Below the pieces are notes generated by a model that made no database searches, was not told the origin of the DNA, and saw only the letters and a program-made list of their open reading frames with translations. 64,000 nt of DNA from Haliotis rufescens (taxonomy: Eukaryota). The translations under genes and the position numbers were made by a program. This document shows, piece by piece, positions 35,567 to 49,274 of the stretch. How positions within the stretch are numbered: position 1 is the stretch's first letter; each line of letters opens with the position of its first letter. Where the stretch lies: positions 14,136,001-14,200,000 of the forward strand of contig NW_025964112.1 in assembly GCF_023055435.1 (NCBI RefSeq), given 5' to 3'.

Positions 35567-36024
35567 TTCAAATTGTAAATTTAGAATTTAGTCTGGCATC
35601 TGAATGTGCATAAACTGGTTGAAGGATTCCCTGATTGCCTCTCATTAGCCTTTCCTGCTAGTGTTTCTGTATTGCCACCAATGTGGCGTGGGATGGTGCT
35701 TTGATAACCCTGGCATTTGCGCTGCACTTAATGATGCTGTCACAAGATTGGACAAACATTCAGCTGCTATCACCGATGAGCATACAAATGTTATAGGTTT
35801 ACCATTACCAGTCCAGTATTACATCAATAGTAGATATTTCAACCTGTTCTGTGGCAGCAGATTAATGGTTCTAGTGACAATGATTTTAGCACTCAGTTTG
35901 TGGACAATTGTTTTATCATGTCATAAGATTAACTAAGTGAGCTGTGTTGTCATATCCCACTTCATGTACATTTGTATTTGCATGAATGATTAATGGAGCT
36001 TATAAGGTTGAATGTGTCGTCTGC

Positions 36025-36903
36025 ATGGAATGAGATCTAGGCAGAATAACTGTCATAGAGGGCGTACAGTTGTATGGAATGAGATCTAGGCAGAATAACT
36101 GTCATAGAGGGCATACAGTTGTATGGAATGAGATCTAGGCAGAATAACTGTCATAGAGGGGGTACAGTTGTATCGAATGAAATCTAGGCAGAATAACTGT
36201 CATAGAGGGCAGACAGTTGTATCAAATGAGATCTAGGCAGAATAACTGTCATAGAGGGCGTACAGTTGTATCGATGAGATCTAGGCAGAATAACTGTCAT
36301 TGAGGGTGTACAGTTGTATTGAATGAGATCTAGGCAGAATAACCGTCATTGAGGGCGTATAGTTGTATGGAATGAGATCTTGGCAGAATAACTGTCATAG
36401 AGGGCGTACAGTTGTATCGAATGAGATCTAGGCAGAATAACCGTCATAGAGGGCGTACAGTTGTATCGAATGAGATCTAGGCAGAATAACTGTCATAGAG
36501 GGCGTACAGTTGTATAGAATGAGATCTAGGCAGAATAACTGTCATTGTGGGCGTACAGTTGTATCGAATGAGATCTAGGCAGAATAACCGTCATTGAGGG
36601 CGTACAGTTGTATCGAATAAGATCTAGGCAGAATAACTGTCATAGAGGGCGTACAGTTGTATCGAATGAGATCTAGGCAGAATTACTGTCATAGAGGGTG
36701 TACAGTTGTATCGAATGAGATCTAGGCAGAATAACCGTCATTGAGGGCGTACAGTTGTATCGAATGAGATCTAGGCAGAATAACTGTCATAGAGGGCATA
36801 CAGTTGTATCGAATGAGATCTAGGCAGAATTACTGTCATAGAGGGTGTACAGTTGTATCGAATGAGATCTAGGCAGAATAACTGTCATTGAGGGCGTACA
36901 GTT
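36025..36903. repeat. Minisatellite, 49-bp unit, ~18 copies
   Basis: GAATGAGATCTAGGCAGAATAACTGTCATAGAGGGCGTACAGTTGTATC. Confidence 0.97.
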
Positions 36904-37397
36904 CTAGGACCTCATCATCAATCTCCTGGTTGGGTACTGACGTAAGACAGATCAGGGTGAGTCTGGCTTTGAATCCTTTAGGATCCTGGCATAGCCAAGG
37001 CACACAACGCCACATGTGTCTAACAAGGATGTATTACAAGTATAGGCAACTTTGGAGATGTAAATTGAGAGGATTCTAGTGAGGACGTCAGTTTCTAAAC
37101 CTGTGCTTTTAGCTCCTTACAATGTGACCTCGTTTCCTGAATATATAATAGTTGGATTTGGCCGAATATCTCACTATTTTATCTTGTTTCATTTTGTTAA
37201 TTTTTGGGACATCTGACTGCAATTACAACTTTATGACAGTGTAATATGACCAGGCGGATGCAGAACATATGTGACATGTCATAATATAGAAGGATATTAC
37301 TCTTTACTATTATTATCTGTGCAGCTATGATAAGACAGTTTCAAGTGTTAATGCTGGGTACATGAATTGAAAGATGTGGCTATTTCCATAGGTAAGC

Positions 37398-37675
37398 GAC
37401 CCGTTAAGATCCGGGGTAGAATATGTCTTCAGCAACCCATGCATGCTGTAGAAGGCAACTATGCTTGTCGTAAGAGGCAACTTATGGGATCGGGTGGTCA
37501 GGCTTACTGACTTGGTTGATGCATTTCATCATATCCCAATTGCATGGATCGATGCTCATGATGTCAGTCACTGGATAGTCTGTTCCAGACTCGATTACAG
37601 AATGACGTCATATAGCTGGAATATTGCTGAGTGCGGCGTTAAACAAACAAACAAACAAACAAACAAACAAACAAA
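37398..37675 (+). mobile_element. Retroposon family B, full length
   Basis: Starts GACCCGTTAAGATCCGGGG, ends with long (AAAC)n; TSD CCATAGGTAAGC/CCATATGTCAGC. Confidence 0.9.
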
Positions 37676-37925
37676 CCATATGTCAGCACAGATTTGCCAC
37701 ATTGTGTCTTATCAGGTCAGTGTCTGTCGTGACTGTGTATTTTATGTTCTTGTGTATTTGAGTCAGTGTCAATGTATATCATTATGCTCCATGATGTCAA
37801 GACATTTTGTGGATGTGATTTATTAATGTGAGGTTGTAAATTTTAGCAAGAATATTGAAAGAGGTTTATAATGTCACCAGGATTAACAGTTTCTAACAGT
37901 CAACTTCACCCTTGAAACTACTGAA

Positions 37926-38017
37926 CACCTCCATAGTGTAGTGGATAGAGCGTCTGCCGGGAGAGCGGATGGTAGGAGGCTTGATCCCCCAGCTGCGACC
38001 TACCAAAGATGTTAAAA
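37926..38017 (+). mobile_element. SINE family E head fragment
   Basis: CCTCCATAGTGTAGTGGATAGAGCGTCTGCC...TACCAAAGATGTTAAAA. Confidence 0.65.
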
Positions 38018-38230
38018 TAACAACAGAAAAAGCGTTTGATGAAAGTGTAACCCATACATAAGCTGACCCCTTTCTACAGAATCTTTTTTCTGGTCCTCAA
38101 AATTTGGCTTATCATCGGTCATATACGGTACATGCAGTTAAACCAAAAGTGGCTCTCGGTTGTTGAACCTTGTTATAGTGTCAGTGTATGTAGCACTTTT
38201 ACCGTGTCTACCTCTAATATACCTGCTAAT

Positions 38231-38489
38231 CGCCTCCGAGATCTAGCGATAGAGTGTCTCCCCAGTGAGCCAAAGGTCGTGGGTTCAATCCACAGCCACA
38301 TCATACCAAAACACATTAAGAAATGGTACTTGTTCTTACCCTGCCTGGTTTTGGCATTGGATAAAGCAAGGAATGACAGGCTCGGAGTCAGTTTAATGTG
38401 TCTGAGTGGGTATTCGTGTTAAATCTTGGCATGGTATCTCACTGGGCTGTCACTGTAAAGCCAGTATACATCTGGACTAGTACAAGCAG
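38231..38489 (+). mobile_element. SINE family E, degenerate
   Basis: GGTTCAATCC, CATCATACCAAAA...AATGGTACTTGTTCTTACCCTG, GGCTCGGAGTCAG, GGACTAGTACAAGCAG as in 17263-17613. Confidence 0.82.
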
Positions 38490-41400
38490 AATTGGAAAAC
38501 ATGTAAGGCGCTACTTGGAAAAAAGTAAACTTTGATCCTGTCGTGTAAGTCTGAATGATCCAACCACTCGGTAGACCCATCAGCATTCTGTTCGAAACCC
38601 AGATGAACAATAAACTGCTCACTTTATTGGTCAGACTTGTAATAATTGTTTTATGGTTCATTAGTAGGACATGCTTTTATGGATTCCGGTGTGACATTTT
38701 TGAATGTTTTTTCTTTGTATATAAAGGATCTTTGTGTTATGTTTGTCTTTGACAATCGTTAACATCCAACTTGCAATAAATCAGTGTAGATGAAAGAATC
38801 AGTTATCTCACTAATCAACGTAAGGTTACAGAATTCAAATTATACTCACAGGAGATAGCTTTCTAAGCCTTACTTGACAATGCTAAGAATATTGAGACAA
38901 TTTTTAAACTTCTAGTAAGATTCAGAGCCTCATGACTAACTTCTAATGGCCATTAAATCCCTGGGTTATTAATTCCTCGAATTATTTCATATTTACATTA
39001 TTATTTCATTATGCTATTTCCATTTAAGAAATGCTATGTCAATAGTACAGGGATAGAGTTACTAATCTGCATTATCCTTCAACCACATTTCCGAGTAAAC
39101 ATATTTCCTAATGAGGAAATTGTCTTGCAAATTCTGCATAACAAAAACAAACACACTATGCTCAAGTGCAGAGAAGTGAAGAAAAGTACAACAAAGGACA
39201 ATGCAGAAATCGATCATTTCTGGCAGTGACAGATGAGATAATATGAAGGTGATATATTCCTCACGACTACTGCTATTTGACTTTTAATCACACTGCGCTC
39301 GCCAGATCAATACTTCGTGTCCGAATAGATGGCGTTTCTGGACGATTTCGAGCGCAGGGTGATTATTTGGGAATCCATGCTTGTAAAGGGGATCTATCTA
39401 GATTCACTATGATTATATGGTGGTGCTAATGACTACCTTGAGAATTGACAAGCAGGCTGTTCTAGCAGCAAGGAAATGCTGAAGTCAGGAATTCATCACA
39501 TTTATTTCTTATTTTTAGTATTATTTCATAATGATGTTTGAGAAATGTGTTCTGATCAGAAATTGACATCTTAATTATAATCTTTGGAAAAAAATATATT
39601 TGATAAGTGATGAGGAAAATTTAGACATCGTTGATAAAAGAAGGTAGCTTGTGTTTCACAAATGTTTCATGTTGATGACAATAAGAGAAGCATAGTGAAA
39701 GATTCCTAGAAATTAATATAATAATTATACTCCATGTTACATTAGTTCATATTTAATTAGTTTTGATTTCATGAAAAAGTAATCTTTACGATATATACTT
39801 AAAGTAAAATACAAAAAGATAACTGAGTTTCAATCAAAATCAACTTATCTGGATATAATCATACAAGATTAGAAAGTTAATGTGTTTAAAAAAATTGACA
39901 AGTTTCAATTTCTCACCAATAAACTCCTAACACCCTGATAATAAATCTTGTTGGAACTGTTCGTGATAGTGTTTGTAGTTCATTTGTGGGAATCATTAAG
40001 ACACAAAGATCGCTGCCAGAAAATCAATGGAGACTGAACAAGTGGTTCCCTGCTTCATCACACAGCTTTTTTGCTGATACCAAGGACCCTTTGATATGTC
40101 CAACTGGCCGCACTGATCATAGTCCTATAGCCGGCATCTTTAGATCTACCATTCCTGTTTTTGTCTCATTGGGCTATTCTGTTGATGAGAATAGCCTCAG
40201 GCAAAGAGTTCTACACCAAATTCCTTTCAATCCCTCATTCGCAAATTGAATTTGGGCTCTATAGAAAAAGCCATTATCGGAATGACGATATCCAAGAGAA
40301 GGAGACGGAACCTCCAAACTGACCCTTATTTATTTGTCACACACGTTCTGTTCAATATTTATCAGCATGTACGAAAATCAGAATAGGAAATTACTTGATC
40401 AGGGTTGTTTAGGCTGAGGTAGTCTACCTTCTATTCTGATCCCGAAGCATTGTAGCTGATGCAAGCTGCAAGTTTCTTGGATGCTACAGTCTCAGTATAA
40501 TATCTGCATTAATTGAGCCTGTTTGCAACAGCAAAGTTTGATTTGTTTCTGAAACTGGAGATATTGATTTTTCTGATCAACAGGTTGGTGATTTAGAACT
40601 GATTATGTACCTCATTTGGTACAGGACCAGGATCTGTTTAACGTAGTTGCCACTAAAACATGCCATGGACACCATGATGTGTGTTTTGTAGACTGAGAGG
40701 CACCAGACCGCTTACTATCAAACCTTGGGGTTTTCATTTGTATGGATGTTTTCCAGAACATTAAAATTTCCACTTCCACTGACATTGATGAACCACCTGT
40801 GTGACCAAGCCGAATCACCTTACATTTTATTTTATGCAATCTGGTCAAATGGCTCTTAAGAATTTGGATTGCATGAGGTAGCTCCTGAAGCCTTTAGATC
40901 GATGTTGAATACTTACCAAATCCTCTTTGGAATCTGCAGGATTAGGTCTGGTCAACTTTGAACCTTGTCTAGAATTCTGTTTTTGCTTGGAACGGTCATA
41001 GTGCCCTGAAGTTCTTTGAGAAGGAGAGGGAGAGCTTTTCGCCACAGTCAGTTTCTACTTGAGATGTGGACATTGTTAGTATATTTCTCTCAAGTATCTC
41101 AGCATTTTTAGACTGCCTTATTCCACATTGATAGTAATTAATTCTGTGCAGCAGCTGCAAATATAATGGGATGTTTACCAAACTCTTTGTCACATTTTGA
41201 CTTGAACATCTGTCCCGACTACATCAGGAATTCTGCAACTTGTGTTTTGGTGACAGGAAGTCTACAGTTCAAGTTCTGAAGAAATAACTCCATTGACATT
41301 GATGAATTGACCCAACTGTACCAGAATTCTTCAATTCTCCTAGAAAAAAATTCCAACAGAGGCTACATACACCAGACTTACCAAATTATTCTTAAAACTG

Positions 41401-42340
41401 CCAATAGGACTGAATTGTATGTGCACTGGGATGCTTCACCCGACTGTATTGGAATCAAAGTCAGGCTTTGACATTGATGTTCAGCCCCGAAAAGCTTCTT
41501 TTTTATAACTTTCAGGAATACTGTTGGAAAAGAAGTGCATGCGAAAGGACAGGGGCATTTTTTATGTGGCATCATTGTGTTAATATTCTTGCAGTGAAAA
41601 AAGCAAATCCTTGAGGAACGTGTGCCTGGAATAAAGACCTTCAGGAATGGCATTGTTGTCAGTCAGCGCTGAGGATCCAACAACCTTATTTTGCTTTGCG
41701 ATTCACTGATTTGAAATTTGAAAGTCACATCAGGTCAGGTCATTCAGGACACCAGGGAAGAGTTGCATCATCGTGACTGCCAATGCATATTTTAGTCACC
41801 AGTGATTGATATCACTATTTATTGTATTTGATTATGTTGAACACGACAGTAATTCCCCTTGGTACTTGCCCATGTGTAAGGATCAAACAATACATTGGTT
41901 GAAGCACCAGGTCCAAGTAGCTTGAAGGCACACAGTTTCTGTGTTTTTTTCAATGGTTTTGCACAGCCAGACCCATTCTGATAACTTTGGTACCCCTGCA
42001 GTTTCTGGTACCGAAGCAGCGTGCGACAAATTGCATCAGTGTCAATATTTATTTAAGTCCCACAGGATTGCCGTATATGCTTTTTTGAGTCATTTATGTT
42101 AAATACAGGCAGGAGACCACGCTATCTGAACCACGGGACAAATTGGATCGAGATATTGACAATACGATGGTAATCGATAGATCAATGACGGGACTGATGT
42201 TGGTCTTGATGAATATTATTTCATGTCAGATTGGTTTGAATTAGTTTCCACGTTTCCCGATACTGTTTCATAAAGAAACAAGCCATCATTGGAATATTCC
42301 AAAATTCTCTACTAGACCTGATCGAGGCTGTTTGAAGAAA

Positions 42341-42349
42341 ATGACGGCG
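42341..42349 (+). CDS. Candidate start (MTA) at the end of a putative first exon, phase-0 donor
   Basis: AAAATGACGGCG|GTAAGT: good start context and consensus donor after a CpG-enriched unique stretch (~42010-42349). Confidence 0.3.
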
Positions 42350-43588
42350 GTAAGTTTCTTCGGCTTGTTTTTATGTTTCTGTCACGTTTCACATGTTCAC
42401 AGCATGCTTTTTGGGGGGAAATTAGTAAAAGTTCATTGTTTGGGGTTTGGGTTTCGATTTTGTAAGGGTAATGATTATTCTCAACATGTAGAATGTTCTG
42501 CAATATGGGAAAGGATGCTAGGGAGAGGGGCCATTATCAGACTACCTGTTGATCCTGTGCCAGAATGATCTCATCCATTCTTGTCTTCGTCGTCTTGCAT
42601 AATATTGCTGCACAAGAATCACTGAGACTTGAGGCAACTTGAGACTTCATGATTTGACTTTAATCATTTGTTGGTTTAATAATTTTAAATATTTGGATTT
42701 AATTTCTGATTTCAGTTAAATTAAACAGTTGATGATAAATTTATCATTTTACGTGTATTATCTTTTCCTTTAAATTTAGGTATCAGTTTTTAGCTTCAGT
42801 TCCTTCTTTGTTTTAATCTCCCAGTTAAGGATTATGAGTGCACATAGCCAATGCTCACCCATTGCATGTTTGTACTGAATTGTCATTTGATTTGTGGAAA
42901 GTTGTTGTAATATTCTATCAATTTAAGTATAAGTTAATATGTTGCAAATCAATCATTATGACAGAGTTCTGTTATTGTGGATGCTGAAACACTTGGCTGC
43001 AAGCGAAATCAGTTTTAATGGAGGTTTTCTATAAAGAACTAATGAAAAGTACTTTTTGCTAGAAGATTGCTGACATTTTACGCTGTTTCCATAGCAACAT
43101 AATATCAGTTGACATTCCCTGACTCCTAGCTGGTGATATACATGTACATTCCCCAGACTTAATGCATGTATATGATATGTGTATTGATTCTTAGCATATA
43201 GGCTGAACAGCGAGCTAACACAACAGTTTTGGATTGTGTGGCAGCAATTAGCCTGTAAAAGCTCAAACTGTTCCCAACCACTCCAGTGTAAAATGTCTCA
43301 ACTGTTAATCTGTTACAAACATGCCTCAAATGTAAATCTGTCAGAAAAATGTGTTGAATGCTGCTATTGTATTCAGGTTTCTGTGTCAAGTATCAAATTG
43401 ATAAAGATGAAAATAATATTGGAAAATTGTAGGTTTGTTTTACATGAATTTGCTTTGAGGGCATTCATAGTTTGAACTTACTGGTATGACATGTAGTGCA
43501 TTGAGACCCAGTTACACCCAAGATGACCTCAGAGCTCGTAATGTTCTTGTAATAGAGTGCCAGTTGCATGGTTAAATTTATCATGTTT

Positions 43589-43780
43589 GTAATGGCATGT
43601 TTAAAAATGTTCCTGGTGCCAGAAGTGCACACTTAGAAATAATATTTTTTTCTAAAATACACAACTTTTGACAGTGGCATGTTTAAGTTCGTAATGGCAT
43701 GGTTAAAATAAGTTCCCAATGCCAGAAGTGCACACTTAGAAATCATTTCTTTCTAAGAAAACATACCTTTTAACCATGTT
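43589..43780. repeat. Direct duplication, ~102-bp period
   Basis: GTAATGGCATG...TGCCAGAAGTGCACACTTAGAAAT at 43589 and 43691. Confidence 0.8.
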
Positions 43781-44129
43781 TTTTATATGAAGCCGGTGAA
43801 AAATGTACTTTCAATAAAATGTACTGGACAAATACATGAGCTTGTGAACATGCTTCGCGTGCAGTATAACTCCAGTAAACAGGGGGGATTCAGAATTCAA
43901 AAGGGTACTGTCAATCTCAATGCAAAGGAAGGAGGTAAACTTTCTACAACTGCTTATCATCTAGCTCATGGTGAAATGAAATTCACACCAATTATCAAAG
44001 ATGGATCAGAAGAATTCTTGTTGGCACACTTAAGTTTAAAGTTAATGACTGCCCCGTGGCACACTAGATAACAAAAACATTTCTTTCCCTGAGTAGTAGA
44101 ACACTGATGCTACTCCTTGCCGACACAGT

Positions 44130-44340
44130 GCATAATTATACCTTACCAACAAGAAGCATAATTATACCTTACCAACAAGAAGCATAATTATACCTTACCA
44201 ACAAGTAGCATAATTATACCTTACCAACTAGTAGCATAGTTATACCTTACCAACAAGTAGCATAATTGTACCTTACCAACAAGTAGCATAATTATACCTT
44301 ACCAACAAGTAGCATAACTGTACTTTACCAACAAGTAGCA
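44130..44340. repeat. Minisatellite, 26-bp unit, ~8 copies
   Basis: GCATAATTATACCTTACCAACAAG(A/T)A. Confidence 0.95.
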
Positions 44341-45629
44341 ATCCTCATACCAGTGTGTCTTACAATGCCTGATTATGCTTGCAACTACTACTGAAATGTT
44401 TTTTCTGTCTGCAGTACTTGACTCCTTTCATCCTGTGTTGAGCATTCATTGATATTTCTTCAGTAAAATGTTCCTGAAAGTGTTGGTCAAATTTCAGAGA
44501 CCAAGCAGACCCCATTTTCAACATTGATATGAATTTTTATTACAGCATGGAGTCTGTACTTCATTGCATGACATCATGACCAATGGGCAATATGGAGATA
44601 ACTGCTTGGTCTAACAGGAGTAGACTGTTATTGCTTCCAACCTAAGATTGTCAACGGTTGTATTGAAATGGATAGGATCTGGAGGGCTAGCCTCATGGTT
44701 AAATCATTCCCTGTCATGCAAAGACCTTGGTTGATATATCCCAGGAGCACAATAAATCAAGCCCAGTCAATGGTACTTATAGCAATACTTTGTAAAAAAT
44801 ATACTTATTACAACAATTTGAAAATTAAATTCTTGAGGCATCAAGGAATTGGATCCAGAGGGCTTCATAGTTCCTGAAACCTTTTTTATCAAGATTATTC
44901 AAATATTCTGACAATCTGTTATCTATATTCTGAAATATTCATATATTTTCCCCTCCAAAGTCCTGTGCGACATGGTGCAATTCCACGCCTAATATCTATA
45001 GAATATGATATAGCTCCTAGCTTGGTTCATGTCTTTTTCAATCTCTGGACACCCACGTCACAGTCTTGTATAGTCCCTGGCCCAGATTCAGAGCAAATGT
45101 TATTACGTCCATGTCAGTGTCATGTTGTAGGGCAGGGGGTGTATCAGTTTCCCCATGCAGAGATGTCTACGTGATATCTGGGTAATAGAGACTATATGCT
45201 TTCTCTTGCCATAGACAAACATTAGCTACGGTTGTCTTTGTTATGAAAATGCCTAATTCAATTAACTATTTATTCTAACATATGCTTCCACACAAAAGGA
45301 GAGCAGTAAACATACAATTTGTACAGATGAATTGTTTTACAATCACAGAGATGACACACCGTGTTTCCAGTGTCCTGTGTGAACAGGCTCTCCTCAATGA
45401 TGTTGTCAAGGTACTCCCCTATAGACATCAAGACAACTAGTCCAGGAAATACTTCTCTCCTCAGTAATTGGGCAGGAGAAGGATTCTCTGGCTAAAGGCA
45501 TGGAAACCTGTCTGCTTCTTTTTTTTCCACTGAGTATTTTCGGCCATCCATTTGTTCTTTCCCGTTTAGTTTGTATTCCCAAATCCATTTTTTCATGTCT
45601 CTAATGCTATCTTTCAAGCTACCTTAAGC

Positions 45630-45945
45630 ATACTTCTTCCTCCTCTCTCTACTTCTTTCTTTCTCTTTATGTCCTCTTCATTCTTTCTTATCTGAAAATT
45701 ATTTGTTCATTCTGTCTTTCATTTTTTTCCACAGACACTCAATGCAGTCTTTTTATTTTATTTTCATTCAATTCTTGCATTTCTATTTCCTGTATGCCTT
45801 CTTCTCCCTATCTATTTTCATATCATTCCTTTTTCTCCACTTCTCTCTCTCTTATCCAATCTCTCTGTGTTCTTTTCCAGTCATTAATTTTCGTTTCTTT
45901 CCCGTGTGATCTTTTCTCATCCTTTCTCATTCTCTTTATCTCCAG
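45630..45945. repeat. Low-complexity pyrimidine-rich tract
   Basis: T/C-dominated, very G-poor. Confidence 0.7.
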
Positions 45946-46571
45946 GCCTCCGAGCTTAATCTCTATTTGTCCAAATTGCACATACATCACAAATACCAAT
46001 GCTTGTTAGCAGCATCAGAAATACCTTATTGACCATTCCAGAGTAACTTTTGTAGAAATCAATATAAAAAATACCACCACATAAAATAAATAGCTCATAA
46101 CTGCAAAACTAGATTTTTTTACCTAAAAATTACTTCTCATGGAAACTCCTAAAGTGGCATTCTTTGCAAGTATGAATAAATTAGCTTAGTGCTTTGATTT
46201 TAAATTTCTGTGAAATAGCTCCCACAGGTTCATTCTGTTTGATGGCTTTCTCATGAGGAACTGTGATGAATTATGAATGACTTGAACTTTGCAACATAGC
46301 AACTCTCCATCTATCCAAATGCAATGAGCAACATACAAACTGCTCTAGAAGCCAGCCAGTCTGACTTCGTGAAAGTAAATGTTTCAACTTTATTATTTGG
46401 AATGTATTGCAAAATGGGTGCACAGGAGGAATTTTGTCATCAATGTTTCAGCTACACTCAAAGATTGGCTTGAAGATAACACAATCTGGCCCAGACTATT
46501 GTTTGTTAGCATGAACAACGATCCCTTCTGTCATGCTATGATGGCATATAAACATTCATTGTAACCACTTG

Positions 46572-46819
46572 GTGAGTGAGTGAGCGAGTTGGGTTTATGC
46601 CACTTTTAACAGTATTCCGTTATATGAAAGCGTGCAGGTCTCAGACGTTTACCACTTCGGTGAAACCCACGAGCACGGGTATGGTGCTGACAAACCTAGA
46701 CACATAATCAGGGCAAACCGGGATTTGAACCCACAATCATAGGTTTCTGGTGTGCTCAAGGGACGCAACTCTGCACAGCGAATCACGGTACCTTAGACTA
46801 CTGGGCCACCCGTGCCCCC
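46572..46819 (-). mobile_element. SINE family C with internal deletion
   Basis: Perfect 11-bp TSD GTAACCACTTG (46561-46571, 46820-46830). Confidence 0.92.
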
Positions 46820-47803
46820 GTAACCACTTGATCCTCAGGTTAGTTTGTCCCCAAACCCTGGTCTATATTGCAAGTGGTCCTAGTGGTCTAGTTGTTAACA
46901 TGATGTCCGATGCAATTCCCTTTTTTAACAGGCGTGTTTTCAGGTGAACAGTTGATTGGCCTTTGCATGTGTTTGTGACAAGTGCCACTGGTGGGGCAGG
47001 ATATGCCCTTTATTGGGGTGAAAACCTGGTATCATCTCTGTTTGATAGTGATTCTTAAACACATGCGTATGATATAGCCGGACATGTACAATGGACACTG
47101 TAGTAGAGATTTTTTATGATTATGGATTTATTGTTTTCGTTTTTTTGTCCAGAGTTGAAATGTAAATTCATTCATTTTTATGGTGAGTGTTTATTGGTGT
47201 TGCAGAGAGCCTTTTGATTAAATGCAGCAGTTAATAATACATTACATAATGGGTTTCTCTTAAATGTAAAGACATATACTCTCTTGGGTGTATACGATTA
47301 TTTAGTATTCTGAATCAATGTCAAAACATCAATGAGGGTGAAAAACCCAAGTAAATTTTGGCAGAGTTTGGGTTGGGGTGATGGTGTGTGTTTTGAGGGG
47401 TGGGGAGAGGTTTTGATTGGTGGTGTGTGTGTGTTTGTGTTGGGGGGGGGGGGGGGGGAGGAGGGGAGGTTTGGAGCGGTGGTCACTGACAACCCATTAA
47501 TCTTTCTGTTAACATTGATCAAGTGTGCTTTTGACAGGCAGGGCATTGCAGTAAATACGACCATGATCATGTTTGGTTGGTGATCGATATTAAACATTTT
47601 AGAAAACCACCAGTGATCATGTGCTTAATTGCAGGAGGTCAATGCTGTTAGTTCATGTTTGCTCAAAAGTTTTCTGATTCTGAAATGTAGTTTTTAAGGG
47701 CGTTAGTGTTAAAGTAGAATCTGAATCAACTTCATTGTATTTTTGAGAAAAAACCCGAAATATGAAGTTTGTAATGGATATTGAAGGCACTATCAGAGGT
47801 TTC

Positions 47804-48144
47804 TATGAAGTTTCCACTGAAGGTTAGTATGAGGTTTCCACTGGTAGAAGGTTAGTATGAGGTTTCTACTGGTAGAAGGTTAGTGTGAGGTTTCTACTGG
47901 TAGAAGGTTAGAATGAGGTTTCCACTGGTAGAAGGTTAGTATGAGGTTTCTACTGGTAGAAGGTTAGTATGAGGTTTCCACTAATAGAAGGTTAGTATGA
48001 GGTTTCTACTGGTAGAAGGTAAATTTGGGGTTTCCACTGAAGGTTAGTATGAGGTTTCCACTGGTAGAAGGTTAGTATGAGGTTTCTACTGGTAGAAGGT
48101 TAGTATGAGGTTTCTACTGGTAGAAGGTTAGTATGAGGTTTCCA
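47804..48144. repeat. Minisatellite, 28-bp unit, ~12 copies
   Basis: GAAGGTTAGTATGAGGTTTC(T/C)ACTGGTA. Confidence 0.95.
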
Positions 48145-48549
48145 TGCAGATGTTCGATATTGATTACTCCATCATGTTGTGACAGTATAAATGTCATTGG
48201 TTTTAATTTGTGAGAATGATGAAGCTTTGAAGTAACTCCAAGAATCCTTAATTAGCTACATTGTCCATGTTAAATATACTGTGCCGTTGTTTGTGCAGTC
48301 TTTGATACTTCACCCATTTTCGATTTTAGCAACAATCTGTTGAAAGACATTCCTTTTCATGTGTTTTATGTCATCATCAGCCAAGTCCTACTGCTTCCAT
48401 GTGATATATATCTGTCAGTGTCTGCAACATAGTCTTCCATGAAGAATCTGTCAACTATTTCAGTAAATGGAATTTCAATCCACAAAATCACAATATATAT
48501 CAAAACTAATGAAGGTGGGTAGGTTTACAAAAGATTAAAACCTGCATGT

Positions 48550-48821
48550 GTGAGTGAGTGAGTGGGTTGGGTTTGAACAGTATTCCAGTTATATCGCGGC
48601 GTGTCAGCTTAATGTGGGAGGAAAGTCTGAAGTGATGCAGGTCTCAGACGTTTACCACTTTGGTGAAACCCACGAGCACGGGTATGGTGCTGACAAACCT
48701 AGAAACATAATCGGGGCGAACCGGGATTTGAACCCACAATCATAGGTTTCTGGCGTGCCCAATGGACGCAACTCTGCACGGCGAATTGCGGCGCCTTAGA
48801 CGACTGGGCCACCTGTGCCCC
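48550..48821 (-). mobile_element. SINE family C, near full length
   Basis: Head GGGGCACAGGTGGCCCAGTCGTCTAAGGCGCC on the minus strand. Confidence 0.92.
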
Positions 48822-49274
48822 GTACACAACGTGAAGTTTATCTGACAGATTTAGACAGCGAAAAACAACTTCCTTTGAGATATATCCAAGAAATTCTCTC
48901 TGTGATGATAAACTATGATGTACTCTAAGATGACATACTACAATGTGAAATATAAGCTCCAGAGAGATTATCTGGTGTACATTTCTTAAGAGATCAAAGG
49001 CACTTTCGACTTGATTATCATTTCGGTAAGTAGCCCACTTGGGTATTTGACTGAATGACAGAGGAGGGAGTAACAAAATTTTCAGACACTGAATAATGTT
49101 CATTTCCTTTTTAGTTTGTGGACAGAGGTGAGGAAAGGTGAAACGGGTTTTAACTTTACGTTCAAGATTATTGCTATTAAATAGAGGTGTGCACACTAGT
49201 CCGAACCAATGACACTTTTATAGTGCAAGCCCTCTGATATACTATGCCACAATTTAACATACATACCCCACCCA

